Origin: a virus | Lineage: Duplodnaviria; Caudoviricetes | DNA: 64,000 nucleotides | Reading direction: 5' to 3' (one strand) | Virus record (IMG/VR): IMGVR_UViG_3300049828_000292 | Coordinates: 5,349-69,348 of that record | In this document: one piece after another, positions 17,107 to 26,250 of the stretch | Layout: every line of letters starts with the position of its first letter | How positions within the stretch are numbered: position 1 is the first letter of the stretch | The notes under the pieces: model-generated | Told to the model about the DNA's origin: nothing | Seen by the model: only the letters and a program-made list of their open reading frames with translations | Databases searched by the model: none | Made by a program: the position numbers and the translations under genes

Positions 17107-17883
17107 ATGACTCTTCGAGTGTCCTCGGGACTTCGCAACCACATCCTGACCTTCGGGTCTCTGAAGCACGCCCTGCAGAACGGCGAGCTTCAAATCTGGT
17201 CTGGCACTCAGCCAGGCTCGGCCGACTACGCGCCCACGGGCACGCTCCTGTCGACCATCACGGCGGCGAGCGCCGCGCGCACGGCGGAAGTGCAGGCCAC
17301 CGGCTCGATCACGCTCACGGGCGGATCGGCGGGCTCGATCAATACCCTGACCGTCAACTCGATCAACCTGATCCCGAACGGCGCGGTGGACTACAACACG
17401 TCGCTCAATCAGACGGCGGCCGACCTGGCCGCAGCGATCAACGCGAACGTCAGCTTCCCCGACTACTACGCCACCGCCTCCGGCGCAGTCGTCACGATCT
17501 ACGCGCCGAAGGGCCTGGGCGCGGGCGCGAATGCCTGGACCGTCACGGCCACCCTGACCACGATCACCGCGACCTACGCGAACATGAGCGGCGGCGTGAG
17601 CCCGGCGAACGGGCTGCGGCTCGGCTCGGCGGCGGCGGGCGTGATCACGAAGGACGCGGCGCAGACCTGGACCGGGGTCAACGCGAACGGCGGAACGGCC
17701 GGCTGGTTCCGCTTCGTCGGCTCGGTGGCTGATAGCACCCTGGCCGACTCCGAAGAGAAGCAGATCCGTCTGGATGGCTCGGTCAGCACCTCGGGCGCCG
17801 ACCTGAACCTGACCAGCACCACGCTTGCGCAGGGTGCGACTCAGACCATCAGCGCCTTCCAGGTCACGATGCCGGCCTCCTAA
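17107..17883 (+). CDS. structural tail protein
   Basis: LRVSSGLRN...G.L.IWSGTQP..AD.A.TGTLL and RLDGSVSTSGADLNL motifs common in uncultured phages. Confidence 0.7.
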   Translation: MTLRVSSGLRNHILTFGSLKHALQNGELQIWSGTQPGSADYAPTGTLLSTITAASAARTAEVQATGSITLTGGSAGSINTLTVNSINLIPNGAVDYNTSLNQTAADLAAAINANVSFPDYYATASGAVVTIYAPKGLGAGANAWTVTATLTTITATYANMSGGVSPANGLRLGSAAAGVITKDAAQTWTGVNANGGTAGWFRFVGSVADSTLADSEEKQIRLDGSVSTSGADLNLTSTTLAQGATQTISAFQVTMPAS

Positions 17884-17895
17884 CCGGAGCGAGCG

Positions 17896-19143
17896 ATGGC
17901 TGACGAAGCAGCAGTAATACTCCCGAAGCTCACGAAGGGAACCAGCACCGGCCTCAACGGCGAGCTGGGCTTCACGGGCTGGAATCCGGTCTATGAGTAC
18001 GAGGAGGAGATCCCGTCGCTGCCTGCCCTGACTGGGGCCGCGACTGGCGCTTCTGGCCGCGTCAGCTCGATCGAGCCGACGCTGCCCATGCTCACGATCG
18101 GCGCGGGTGGCGATAACGGGCTGTGGCTGCCATCGCTCGAAGTGACTGCCAGCGGCAAGACGGGGGACGCGGGCTCCCCCGACCTGCTGCTGCCGATGTT
18201 TGCGGTTGTGGGCTCCGGCAAGACTGGAGCCACAGGGAGCGCGGCGACGCGCCTCCCGGCGCTTCTGGCTGATGCGCGCGGCATCAGCGGCGCCCAGCTG
18301 CTACTGCCTGCCCTGACAGTCAGCGCCACCGGGAAGACCGGCGGCCTCGGCTTTGCGGGTGTAGCAGCCCTGCCGGCTCTCGTGGCGAGCGCCGCCGGGA
18401 TCACCGTGAACCGTGGTGACGCGGACCTTGTTCTGCCACCGCTGCGGGTCGCGGCCTCCGGCCCGGCCACGTCCACAGGAAGGCTGTCGGCCCTCCTTCC
18501 TGCGCTCGCCCTAGCCGCTGCAGGACGGTCAGGGACGGTGGGGACATCCGCCGACACCCTGCCCATCTTCCTGGTGTCGGCGGCTGGACGCGGCCCGGCG
18601 ATCGGCACGGCCACGCTGGTGCTGCCGTCGCTCACGCTGTGGTCGAACGGGTACGGCGCGCCGTCGGCGGTGCCGACCGCGTACACGACGCTCAACCTGA
18701 ACACGCTGAACCGCGCGCTCACGCTGTACGAGGGGTGGCAGTTCAACTCGATGGTCGAGTTCGATGGCGCGTACCTGGCCGCGAGCGCGGACGGCATCTT
18801 CAAGCTCGAAGGGGACACGGACGCAGGCGTTCTGATTGACGCGGCCGCGCGCCTGGGCGTGACCGACTTCGGCGATCCGAACGTGAAGAAGATCGACCAG
18901 GCCTACTTCGGCTACCGCGCCGAGGGCGACCTGAAGCTCGTCATCATCACCGACGAGCACGATGTGCACGAGTACCGGCTGGAGTCCACCGGGCACGAGG
19001 GAGTGCACAACGCGCGCGCGAAGCTCGGCAAGGGCATGCGCGGGCGCTACTACCAGGTGGGCTTCGAGAACGAAAACGGCGGCGACTTCCGCATCGACCA
19101 GGGTGAGCTGCGGGCGGTCGCACTGAAGAGGCGTCTTGCATAG
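17896..19143 (+). CDS. tail protein with ~21-aa LP.L...A.G repeats
   Basis: Tandem LPAL/LPML/LPSL repeats plus a globular C-terminal domain. Confidence 0.7.
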   Translation: MADEAAVILPKLTKGTSTGLNGELGFTGWNPVYEYEEEIPSLPALTGAATGASGRVSSIEPTLPMLTIGAGGDNGLWLPSLEVTASGKTGDAGSPDLLLPMFAVVGSGKTGATGSAATRLPALLADARGISGAQLLLPALTVSATGKTGGLGFAGVAALPALVASAAGITVNRGDADLVLPPLRVAASGPATSTGRLSALLPALALAAAGRSGTVGTSADTLPIFLVSAAGRGPAIGTATLVLPSLTLWSNGYGAPSAVPTAYTTLNLNTLNRALTLYEGWQFNSMVEFDGAYLAASADGIFKLEGDTDAGVLIDAAARLGVTDFGDPNVKKIDQAYFGYRAEGDLKLVIITDEHDVHEYRLESTGHEGVHNARAKLGKGMRGRYYQVGFENENGGDFRIDQGELRAVALKRRLA

Positions 19144-21153
19144 ATGAGCTTCAACCCGATCAACTTCGGGTTCTATGTGAACGGCGTTGCGACCGGGATC
19201 CAGCGGGAGCATGAGTCGCTGATCCCGTTCGCCCAGCATCAGCTGATCAACCTGCGCCAGCGCTTCGGCGAAGGCGTGGCCTACAAGACGACGGTGACGG
19301 CGCCGGATGGATCCGTGCTGCGGTTCATCTCCGACGGCCAGGTGGACCGGGTCTCGATCTTCGTGCGGCGTGCGCCGCCCCCGCGGCCGAAGCCGGAGGA
19401 GGAGAAGGGCGAGGCGCGCGCGCCGTATCTGTGGGTCGGGATCAAGCGGCTGTCGGGCGGCGTGTACGAAGACCCGTGCGATGGGCCGCAGGAGGACGAC
19501 TACGTCAAGCTCGTGCTGCACGTCTGGGAGCCGTCGACGGGCGACGGTGGACCGACTGACAACGAGATCGTGAGCGGCCGCAAGGCGATCATCGGCGCCA
19601 CGCAGAGCTACCCGCTGGGCGAGCTCGCGCACATCGATGTGCAAGGGTGCCTGACCGACGACGGCACGCCGTACACCACGGCGGTCGAGTACGGTGCGGC
19701 GCACCGGATGTATCACATCCCCTGCAAGCAGATCGGCTACGACCCCGAGGACGACGGCGACTACTCCTGGGAGCGGATCGTGGTGATGGATCCGGCCGAG
19801 GTGACGAACGCGAACCCCTACGAGAGTGGTGAGGGCGTCGCCTACAACGTGCCGACGATCCCGACCGAGCGCGCGTTCCAGCTGCCAGACGAGAACGTGC
19901 CTGGCATTCGAGCGAAGTGGATCCCTGGCAACTACGCCATCAAGGTCTCGGCGATGTCGAACGAGTGCGACAAGTACTCGCCGGTGAAGGTGCGCATCAA
20001 GGTGGTGTGTGGCAAGGATCCGAACACGTTTGTGCTGACGCACGAGTTCGAGATCACGGGAGATCCGTTCTGGTCCGACGACAAGAACGATCACATCCCC
20101 TTCGGCTATGAAGACAAGGAGTGCCATCACGGCAAGTGGTGGTGGCAAGACGGGATCCTCGCCGATCCAGAGGGCGCGGCCGAGGTGGTGAGCGGCTTGA
20201 TGCCGAGGGGCATCGTTGCCGACAACGAGCGCGACCCATCGTGCGAATCGCACGGCGACTACGTTGTGCTGTGGTACAGCAACGGCGGCCACCTTCGCTG
20301 GGACGAGAGCTGGTGGACAGAGATCATTGCCTACGATCCTCCGACCTTCTGCGGGTGGTGGAATGTGTGGGGCGATATGACCTCGAACCAGGACGGCAAC
20401 GGCTACAACAACATGATGTACTACCTGCGCCTGGCGGCTCAGGGGATGTCGATGGTGGCCGGGAAGAAGGACTGCCCGGTCAACGAGACCGACTACAAGA
20501 TCGCGCCGAGCGTGTTCATGTCCTTCCTGACGACGCCGGTGACCTACTACATCGAGCGGTGGGGATCGCAAGGAAGGCGCTATCTCCCGCCCGTCGGTCC
20601 TCCGCTGTATCGGCCGTACATGACGCTTCCACTGGTGGGGCCGGATGGCCTCACGTCGAAGGAGCGCTACTACGAGACCGGCGACTTCATGCCGAGCGAC
20701 CCGTCGGAGTGGACCGGCTTTCCACCGTGGCAGGCGCCATGCCCGGTGCCGATCGTCGAGAACTGGCTGCTGGATCCGCAGTACCTCGATCATCGCAACC
20801 AGTCGTATGCGAGCTATGTGTTCGACGTCGGTGGCGGCGACCATGTCTCCTTCGACTCGAAGGATGGCGTCGGCGACGGCGCGGCCATCGCAGTCGTCGA
20901 CCCGGGCAACATCGACATCATCGAGATCCCGCTGGAAGAAGACGTCGACTTCTACTACAAGGGCCTCACCCAGCGAGCGGCCGACATTGCCGCGTCGCGC
21001 GGGAAGCACCTGATGACGACGTTCGAGCTGGGGTTCAGCGGGGGCGAACTCGTGGTCGCCGGCTGGTATTACCCCTACGACGAAGACACGGGCCAGGTCG
21101 ACCTGACCCGCTATCTGTTTCACAGGTTCGGTCCAGACCCGTGGATCACCTGA
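19144..21153 (+). CDS. large acidic aromatic-rich virion protein
   Basis: 669-aa ORF with typical codon usage in the structural operon. Confidence 0.75.
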   Translation: MSFNPINFGFYVNGVATGIQREHESLIPFAQHQLINLRQRFGEGVAYKTTVTAPDGSVLRFISDGQVDRVSIFVRRAPPPRPKPEEEKGEARAPYLWVGIKRLSGGVYEDPCDGPQEDDYVKLVLHVWEPSTGDGGPTDNEIVSGRKAIIGATQSYPLGELAHIDVQGCLTDDGTPYTTAVEYGAAHRMYHIPCKQIGYDPEDDGDYSWERIVVMDPAEVTNANPYESGEGVAYNVPTIPTERAFQLPDENVPGIRAKWIPGNYAIKVSAMSNECDKYSPVKVRIKVVCGKDPNTFVLTHEFEITGDPFWSDDKNDHIPFGYEDKECHHGKWWWQDGILADPEGAAEVVSGLMPRGIVADNERDPSCESHGDYVVLWYSNGGHLRWDESWWTEIIAYDPPTFCGWWNVWGDMTSNQDGNGYNNMMYYLRLAAQGMSMVAGKKDCPVNETDYKIAPSVFMSFLTTPVTYYIERWGSQGRRYLPPVGPPLYRPYMTLPLVGPDGLTSKERYYETGDFMPSDPSEWTGFPPWQAPCPVPIVENWLLDPQYLDHRNQSYASYVFDVGGGDHVSFDSKDGVGDGAAIAVVDPGNIDIIEIPLEEDVDFYYKGLTQRAADIAASRGKHLMTTFELGFSGGELVVAGWYYPYDEDTGQVDLTRYLFHRFGPDPWIT

Positions 21154-21163
21154 AGGAGTTGCG

Positions 21164-23101
21164 ATGGGCTGCATAAATGTCGTCCTAGTTCCGAAGCCTC
21201 CCGCCGCAGCGCCACCGCCTGACAACGGTGGGAAGCAGGCTGCGCAGGACATGGTCGCCTCGATGCAGGGGCTCGCGCGCTCGCACCTTCAGGCGGCCGC
21301 GGAGCTGCTGCAGGACATCATCGCCGCCTCGCAGGTGACGGGCTCGATCAACATTCCGCCTGGCTCATCGCAGATCGTCGCCGAGTTCGATCCCGGGCCG
21401 GCGCCGGCGTTCTGCGAGAACGAGGTGAGCTATCCGCTGGCGCCGGGCTACCCGACCCTCGGAACGCTCACGCTTCCGACGTTCGCGACGTTGCCGCAGT
21501 ACAACCCGACTCCGGTGATCGTCGACCTGAATCTGGCACTGCCGGATCCCCTCGATGCAGAGGCGCCACTCGCGCCAGCGGTGTCGGATGTCACCATGCC
21601 GACCGCTCCAGCCATCGAGTTCCCGGCGGTGCCAGACCTCTTCGGTATCGATCTGCCGGCTCCTCCGGTCATCGACCTGCCGCTGTTCGAGGGCGTCGAC
21701 GCCGCCGCGCCGGCCGCGATCTCGCCCACGTTCTCGTACGCCGAGAGCGCCTACACGTCCGAGATGCTGGAGCGGCTGCGCGCCGGCTTCACCGAGCTGC
21801 TCGAGAGGCAGGCCACCGGCATCATCGCGAACGTCGAGGCCGCGCTCTGGGAGCGCGATCGCGCGCGCAACGATGCCGTGGGCACGTCGCTCGACCAGGG
21901 GCTGATGGCGTCCCGCTTCCCGATGCGGCCGCTGATGGAGCGCGTGGCGCGAGCGATGGCCGGCCAGGTGAGGCAGGACTGGAACTGCAGCGTCGAGCGC
22001 GACATCGCGATCAAGCGCGCCGAGCTGCAGCAGAGCAACCGGCGGTTCGCCTTCCAGATCACCCAGCAGTTCGAGGCGATGCTGCTCGACGCGCACGATC
22101 AACTGCAGGCGCGCAGCTACGAGGCGGCGCGCTTCATGCAGGAAGCGGCGATCCGCATCTACAACTCGATCGTTCGCGCCTTCAGCGTCGAGGTGCAGCA
22201 ATTCGGAGCGCGCGCGGAAGTGTTCCGCGCCGAGCTGGACGGCGAGCTGGCGAAGATCGAGGTCTACAAGGCCGAGCTCGAGGGCCAGTCGATCGTGAGC
22301 GACATCAATCGCGCGCAGGTCGAGGTCTACAAGGCGCAGATCGCCGGCGTGCTGACGGCGGTCGAGGTCTACCGCACCCAGGTCAACGCGGCGAAGGCGA
22401 TCGTCGACGCGAACATGACGCGGGTGTCCGCCTTCGGCGAGGCGATCCAGGCCTTCAGCGCGAGGGTGAAGGCGAAAGAGGCGGAGTACACCGGCTACGC
22501 GGCCCAGGTCGAAGGCGAGTCGTCGAAGGTCGACATCTACAAGGCGCAGTCCGACGCCTTCAAGGCGGAGACCGATGCCTACCGGGCGAACGTGTCCGCT
22601 CTGGTGTCGGTGAAGGAGGCCGAGTACGCGGTCAACCAGGAAATGCCGATCGAGACCTACATCGCCCAGGCCGAGGCCTACAGCGAGATCGTGGGCGCGG
22701 CGACCGAGCAGATTCGCGGTCTGACCGCAGAGATCGAAGGCAAGACCGCTCTCCTGGCGACGCAGGAGCGCGCGGACGCGGCGGCGGCGCGCGTGCAGGG
22801 CTCCGGTGCCACGGCATCGGCGCAGGTGGTCGAGGCTGGCCTGTCGCTGCAGTCTTCCGCCATCAATACGAACACGACGCTCACCGACGAGAGCATTGCT
22901 GTCTCGGCGGAAGCGGCGCGCACGGCTGGCGCGATCGCCTCGCAGATCGGCGCCGCGACCTACGCGTGGGCGCACGGCTCAGTCGGGATCTCGTACCAGG
23001 ATTCCGTGAGGGCCAGCAACTCGACTGGTCGCACCGGCGCGTATCAGAGCCGCTTCGGCCATGACGAGCGCTGCACAACTACGATTTACCACGGGAGCTG
23101 A
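21164..23101 (+). CDS. Pro-rich plus coiled-coil internal virion (ejection) protein, paralog A
   Basis: Pro-rich N-terminus then heptad region (IEVYKAELEG); similar to the next gene. Confidence 0.7.
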   Translation: MGCINVVLVPKPPAAAPPPDNGGKQAAQDMVASMQGLARSHLQAAAELLQDIIAASQVTGSINIPPGSSQIVAEFDPGPAPAFCENEVSYPLAPGYPTLGTLTLPTFATLPQYNPTPVIVDLNLALPDPLDAEAPLAPAVSDVTMPTAPAIEFPAVPDLFGIDLPAPPVIDLPLFEGVDAAAPAAISPTFSYAESAYTSEMLERLRAGFTELLERQATGIIANVEAALWERDRARNDAVGTSLDQGLMASRFPMRPLMERVARAMAGQVRQDWNCSVERDIAIKRAELQQSNRRFAFQITQQFEAMLLDAHDQLQARSYEAARFMQEAAIRIYNSIVRAFSVEVQQFGARAEVFRAELDGELAKIEVYKAELEGQSIVSDINRAQVEVYKAQIAGVLTAVEVYRTQVNAAKAIVDANMTRVSAFGEAIQAFSARVKAKEAEYTGYAAQVEGESSKVDIYKAQSDAFKAETDAYRANVSALVSVKEAEYAVNQEMPIETYIAQAEAYSEIVGAATEQIRGLTAEIEGKTALLATQERADAAAARVQGSGATASAQVVEAGLSLQSSAINTNTTLTDESIAVSAEAARTAGAIASQIGAATYAWAHGSVGISYQDSVRASNSTGRTGAYQSRFGHDERCTTTIYHGS

Positions 23102-23103
23102 GC

Positions 23104-24993
23104 ATGGCTGAAGAGACCACGTCACTGGTCGAAGACCTGCTTCGCACGTCGCTCGAAACGGCGGAGATCACTTCGTCGATGATGAACGCGATGCCGACCG
23201 GCAACAAAGCCGCGCTGCTGACCCCGTACCTTTTCAGCTACGGCGACTATCAGCTCAGCCCAGGGCTGAACCTCGAGGTCGACACGACCTGCGCCATCCC
23301 GGAGATTCCGCCGATGCCGGAGGAGCCGATGCTGACCGAGGTGGACCCGGTCTCCATCCCGCCAGCGCCGGTGTTCACGCAGGATCCGCCGGCGCTCAAC
23401 CTGGACATCGCGGCTCCGGCGGCGTTCGACGAGCCCCCGCCGCTGGCGCCATCGCTGGCGCCGGTGGTGATCCCCGAGAGCCAGGACATCGTGATCCCGG
23501 ATGTCCCGCCGATGCTGGGCATCAACCTGCCCGACGTTCCGCTGATCGACCTGCCCGTGTTCAGCGCGACCGCGCCGGCGCGCCCCGGCGACATCGGCGT
23601 CACGTTCCAGTGGGACGAGGACTCGTACTCCTCGGCCCTGATGGATCTCCTGCAGCAGCGGGCCACCGAGCTGATCACCACCTTCGCCAGCGGATACGAC
23701 CCGGCCGTCGAGGGCGCGCGCTGGGACCGTGCCCGCGAGAAGGCTGACCTGGCATTCAAGGAGGCCGTCGAGAAGACGCGGCGCGAGTTCGCTACGCGCG
23801 GAGTCAGCGTTCCGACCGGGTACATGCACCTGGACATCGAGGCGACGCGCCGCAAGGCGAAGGCCGAGGTTCGTGTCGCCTCGCAGAAGACCGCCGAGGA
23901 GCAGGCTGACCTGGAGCAGACCACGCGCCAGCTGGCCTTCCAGACGATGACTGTGCTCGAGCAGTCGCTGATGGTGTACGCCAGCCGGGCGGCCACGCGC
24001 GGCCTGGAGGCGGCGAAGTACGCGCAGAGCGCGGCGATCGAAATATACGACGCGATGGTCAACCGCTTCGCAGCGGAGGTGCAGCTGATCTCGACGAATG
24101 CAGCGGTCTACAAGGACCGCATCCGCGCCGAGATCGCGAAGCTGGAAATCTACCGCGGCCAGCTCGAAGGACAGAAGCTGATCGCGAAGCTGAACCTGGA
24201 TGCGGTCGAGGTCTACAAGGCCAGGCTGGAAGCGGTCATGGCCGACGTGAAGAAATACGAGGCCGAGGTCACTGGGGTCAACGTGCGGATCCTCGACACG
24301 CGCTCGTACATCTCGCGCTATGGCGAAGAGGTCAAGGCGTACTCGGCGCAGATCGAAGCGAAGACCGCCGAGTACAAGGGCTACACCACGAAGGTGAAGG
24401 GCGAGGTCGCGAAGGTCGGCGTGCTCAAGGCTGAGGCGGATGCGTACAGCAACGTCGCGTCGGCCTACGACGCCGGCGTGAAGGCGACGAGCGAGCAGAT
24501 CAAGCTCGAGTACAAGTCGGAGCAGCAGCTCCCGCTGAAGGCCTACCGTGCGCGCCTCTCCGGCTATCGGGCCACCGTGATGAAGGCCTCCGCCGAGCTG
24601 ATGGGCAAGGCCGCCTCGATGCAGAACTCGGCGCGCATCTGGGGCGCCCGCATCGATTCTGAGGCAGCTGTCAGCGAAGCGATGATCGACATGCAGAAGG
24701 CTTCGGGCCTGGTGCAGACCTCGCAGAGCGGGGTGCTGCTTGCGCAGCAGCGCGCGGTCTGGAGCAACGCGATCGCGAACGCGCGGAAGAACGTCGCCAT
24801 CGCGGCGGCCGAGGCGCACCGCGAGGCGGGCATGGCCTCGAGCGCGATGAGCGCCGTGAACCTGTCGGCCGGCTACACGAATGCGGCGAGCTACAGCGAG
24901 TCCGAGAGCACCGACTTCAACGACAACTTCGCTGGGTTCTACAGCAATACGAGCGTCCACGAGAATCGATACACAGAGCGGCAGTCGTCCTAA
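23104..24993 (+). CDS. Pro-rich plus coiled-coil internal virion (ejection) protein, paralog B
   Basis: Colinear with the previous gene (YSSALMDLL, VEGARWDRAR, LEIYRGQLEG). Confidence 0.7.
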   Translation: MAEETTSLVEDLLRTSLETAEITSSMMNAMPTGNKAALLTPYLFSYGDYQLSPGLNLEVDTTCAIPEIPPMPEEPMLTEVDPVSIPPAPVFTQDPPALNLDIAAPAAFDEPPPLAPSLAPVVIPESQDIVIPDVPPMLGINLPDVPLIDLPVFSATAPARPGDIGVTFQWDEDSYSSALMDLLQQRATELITTFASGYDPAVEGARWDRAREKADLAFKEAVEKTRREFATRGVSVPTGYMHLDIEATRRKAKAEVRVASQKTAEEQADLEQTTRQLAFQTMTVLEQSLMVYASRAATRGLEAAKYAQSAAIEIYDAMVNRFAAEVQLISTNAAVYKDRIRAEIAKLEIYRGQLEGQKLIAKLNLDAVEVYKARLEAVMADVKKYEAEVTGVNVRILDTRSYISRYGEEVKAYSAQIEAKTAEYKGYTTKVKGEVAKVGVLKAEADAYSNVASAYDAGVKATSEQIKLEYKSEQQLPLKAYRARLSGYRATVMKASAELMGKAASMQNSARIWGARIDSEAAVSEAMIDMQKASGLVQTSQSGVLLAQQRAVWSNAIANARKNVAIAAAEAHREAGMASSAMSAVNLSAGYTNAASYSESESTDFNDNFAGFYSNTSVHENRYTERQSS

Positions 24994-25005
24994 AGGAACG
25001 CGGCT

Positions 25006-26244
25006 ATGGCAGAAAAGAAAGAGTGGTACCAGTTCGGGCCGGCTTACACGGGGCCGATCTCTCGTCCCGGGACCGACATCTACGCCGCATCGCGCGAATC
25101 ACTCGGCATTCCGAGTGGCGGCCTGCTAGCGGGCGCGGCCGCGCGCTGGGGCGGAGGAGGGTCGAGCTGGGATGCGCAGGCCGCTCCTGCTCCCGCAGCC
25201 GCGCCGCCGGCCGCTCCTGTCGCCGCGCCCACGGCGCCGGCGGAACGGCCGAAGAACCGCACCGCCATTCTGGCCGCGCAGGCCGCCGCGCCACCTGTGT
25301 TCTCGGCGCCCGCCGCTCCTGCGACGCCGGAGATCGCGGCCGCCCAGGGGCTGCTGCGCGACTCGCCGATCCAGGCGATGGTCTACGGGCCCACCTCCGA
25401 GGGCGGATACACGCAAGGCGTGCACTCGCGCAACGCTGCGCCGGTCATCCAGGCAATGGGCGCCGAGATGACCCCGGAGCAGCAGGCCTGGGTCAAGGCG
25501 CACGGCGTGTCCGATGCCGCCGCCGCGCGCGAGCCGGTGCGCGTGATCGAGGGCCAGGGCGGGAATCAGGCTGCCGATGAGCGCATCTTCTCGGTCAGCG
25601 GGAACCGGCGCGGCCGAGGCGGCAGCATTCGGGAGGAGGGCGCCTACGCGCAACCCACCCTGACCGAGAGCTTCGACCTGCCACAGCAGGCGGGCGGCTA
25701 CATCAACGCTCCCAGCTCAGTGGTGTCTGCCGGCAAAACAGCCGAGTACATCCAGGCGCTCGCGAAGGGCGCCGAGGTGGCAGCGGATCCGCTGTCCGCG
25801 AAGCTGGCCGCGGAGCTCGAGAAGCAGCGCCTGGTGAACGAGGGCGACATCGCGCAGCAGCGCATTGCCACCGGCGGCGGCATCGAACAGTCGCGCATCG
25901 GCGCGAAGGCGACGGTCGACGCGGCGACGGTTCGCCGGCCCACCATCATCAAGGTCGAGCGCGAAGAGCTGATCAACAAGGACGCTCCGGCGATGGGGAC
26001 GCGCAAGGTCACCGACCTGATCCGCGACAACGGCGACGGGACGATCACGAAGCTCGACCCGGAGACCGGCCAGCCGATAGGAACGGCCGTCGCCGCGCCG
26101 GCTGGCGGGGCTGCGAAGCCTGGCGCGAAGACGCCGAATGCGGCACAGCTCGCGCGCCTCAAGCAGAACCGCAACAACCCGGCAGAGATCAAGCTGTTCG
26201 AGGATCACTTCGGTCCCGGCACTGCGGCGCAGTACCTCAAGTAG
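25006..26244 (+). CDS. internal virion/ejection protein
   Basis: Ala/Pro/Gly-rich; C-terminal helical motif LFEDHFGPGTAAQYL. Confidence 0.65.
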   Translation: MAEKKEWYQFGPAYTGPISRPGTDIYAASRESLGIPSGGLLAGAAARWGGGGSSWDAQAAPAPAAAPPAAPVAAPTAPAERPKNRTAILAAQAAAPPVFSAPAAPATPEIAAAQGLLRDSPIQAMVYGPTSEGGYTQGVHSRNAAPVIQAMGAEMTPEQQAWVKAHGVSDAAAAREPVRVIEGQGGNQAADERIFSVSGNRRGRGGSIREEGAYAQPTLTESFDLPQQAGGYINAPSSVVSAGKTAEYIQALAKGAEVAADPLSAKLAAELEKQRLVNEGDIAQQRIATGGGIEQSRIGAKATVDAATVRRPTIIKVEREELINKDAPAMGTRKVTDLIRDNGDGTITKLDPETGQPIGTAVAAPAGGAAKPGAKTPNAAQLARLKQNRNNPAEIKLFEDHFGPGTAAQYLK

Positions 26245-26250
26245 GTCGCC

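Noticed and set aside
18529-21252. Very long antisense ORFs (also 7343-9400, 23122-24960, 33490-35274, 55476-57827 and others)
   Set aside because: Shadow frames of GC-rich genes: Arg/Val/Asp-biased, no RBS, and fully overlapping well-supported plus-strand genes.
21164-24993. Tape measure protein
   Set aside because: No tail tube, chaperone-frameshift or baseplate context; the paralogous Pro-rich/coiled-coil pattern fits podovirus ejection proteins better.
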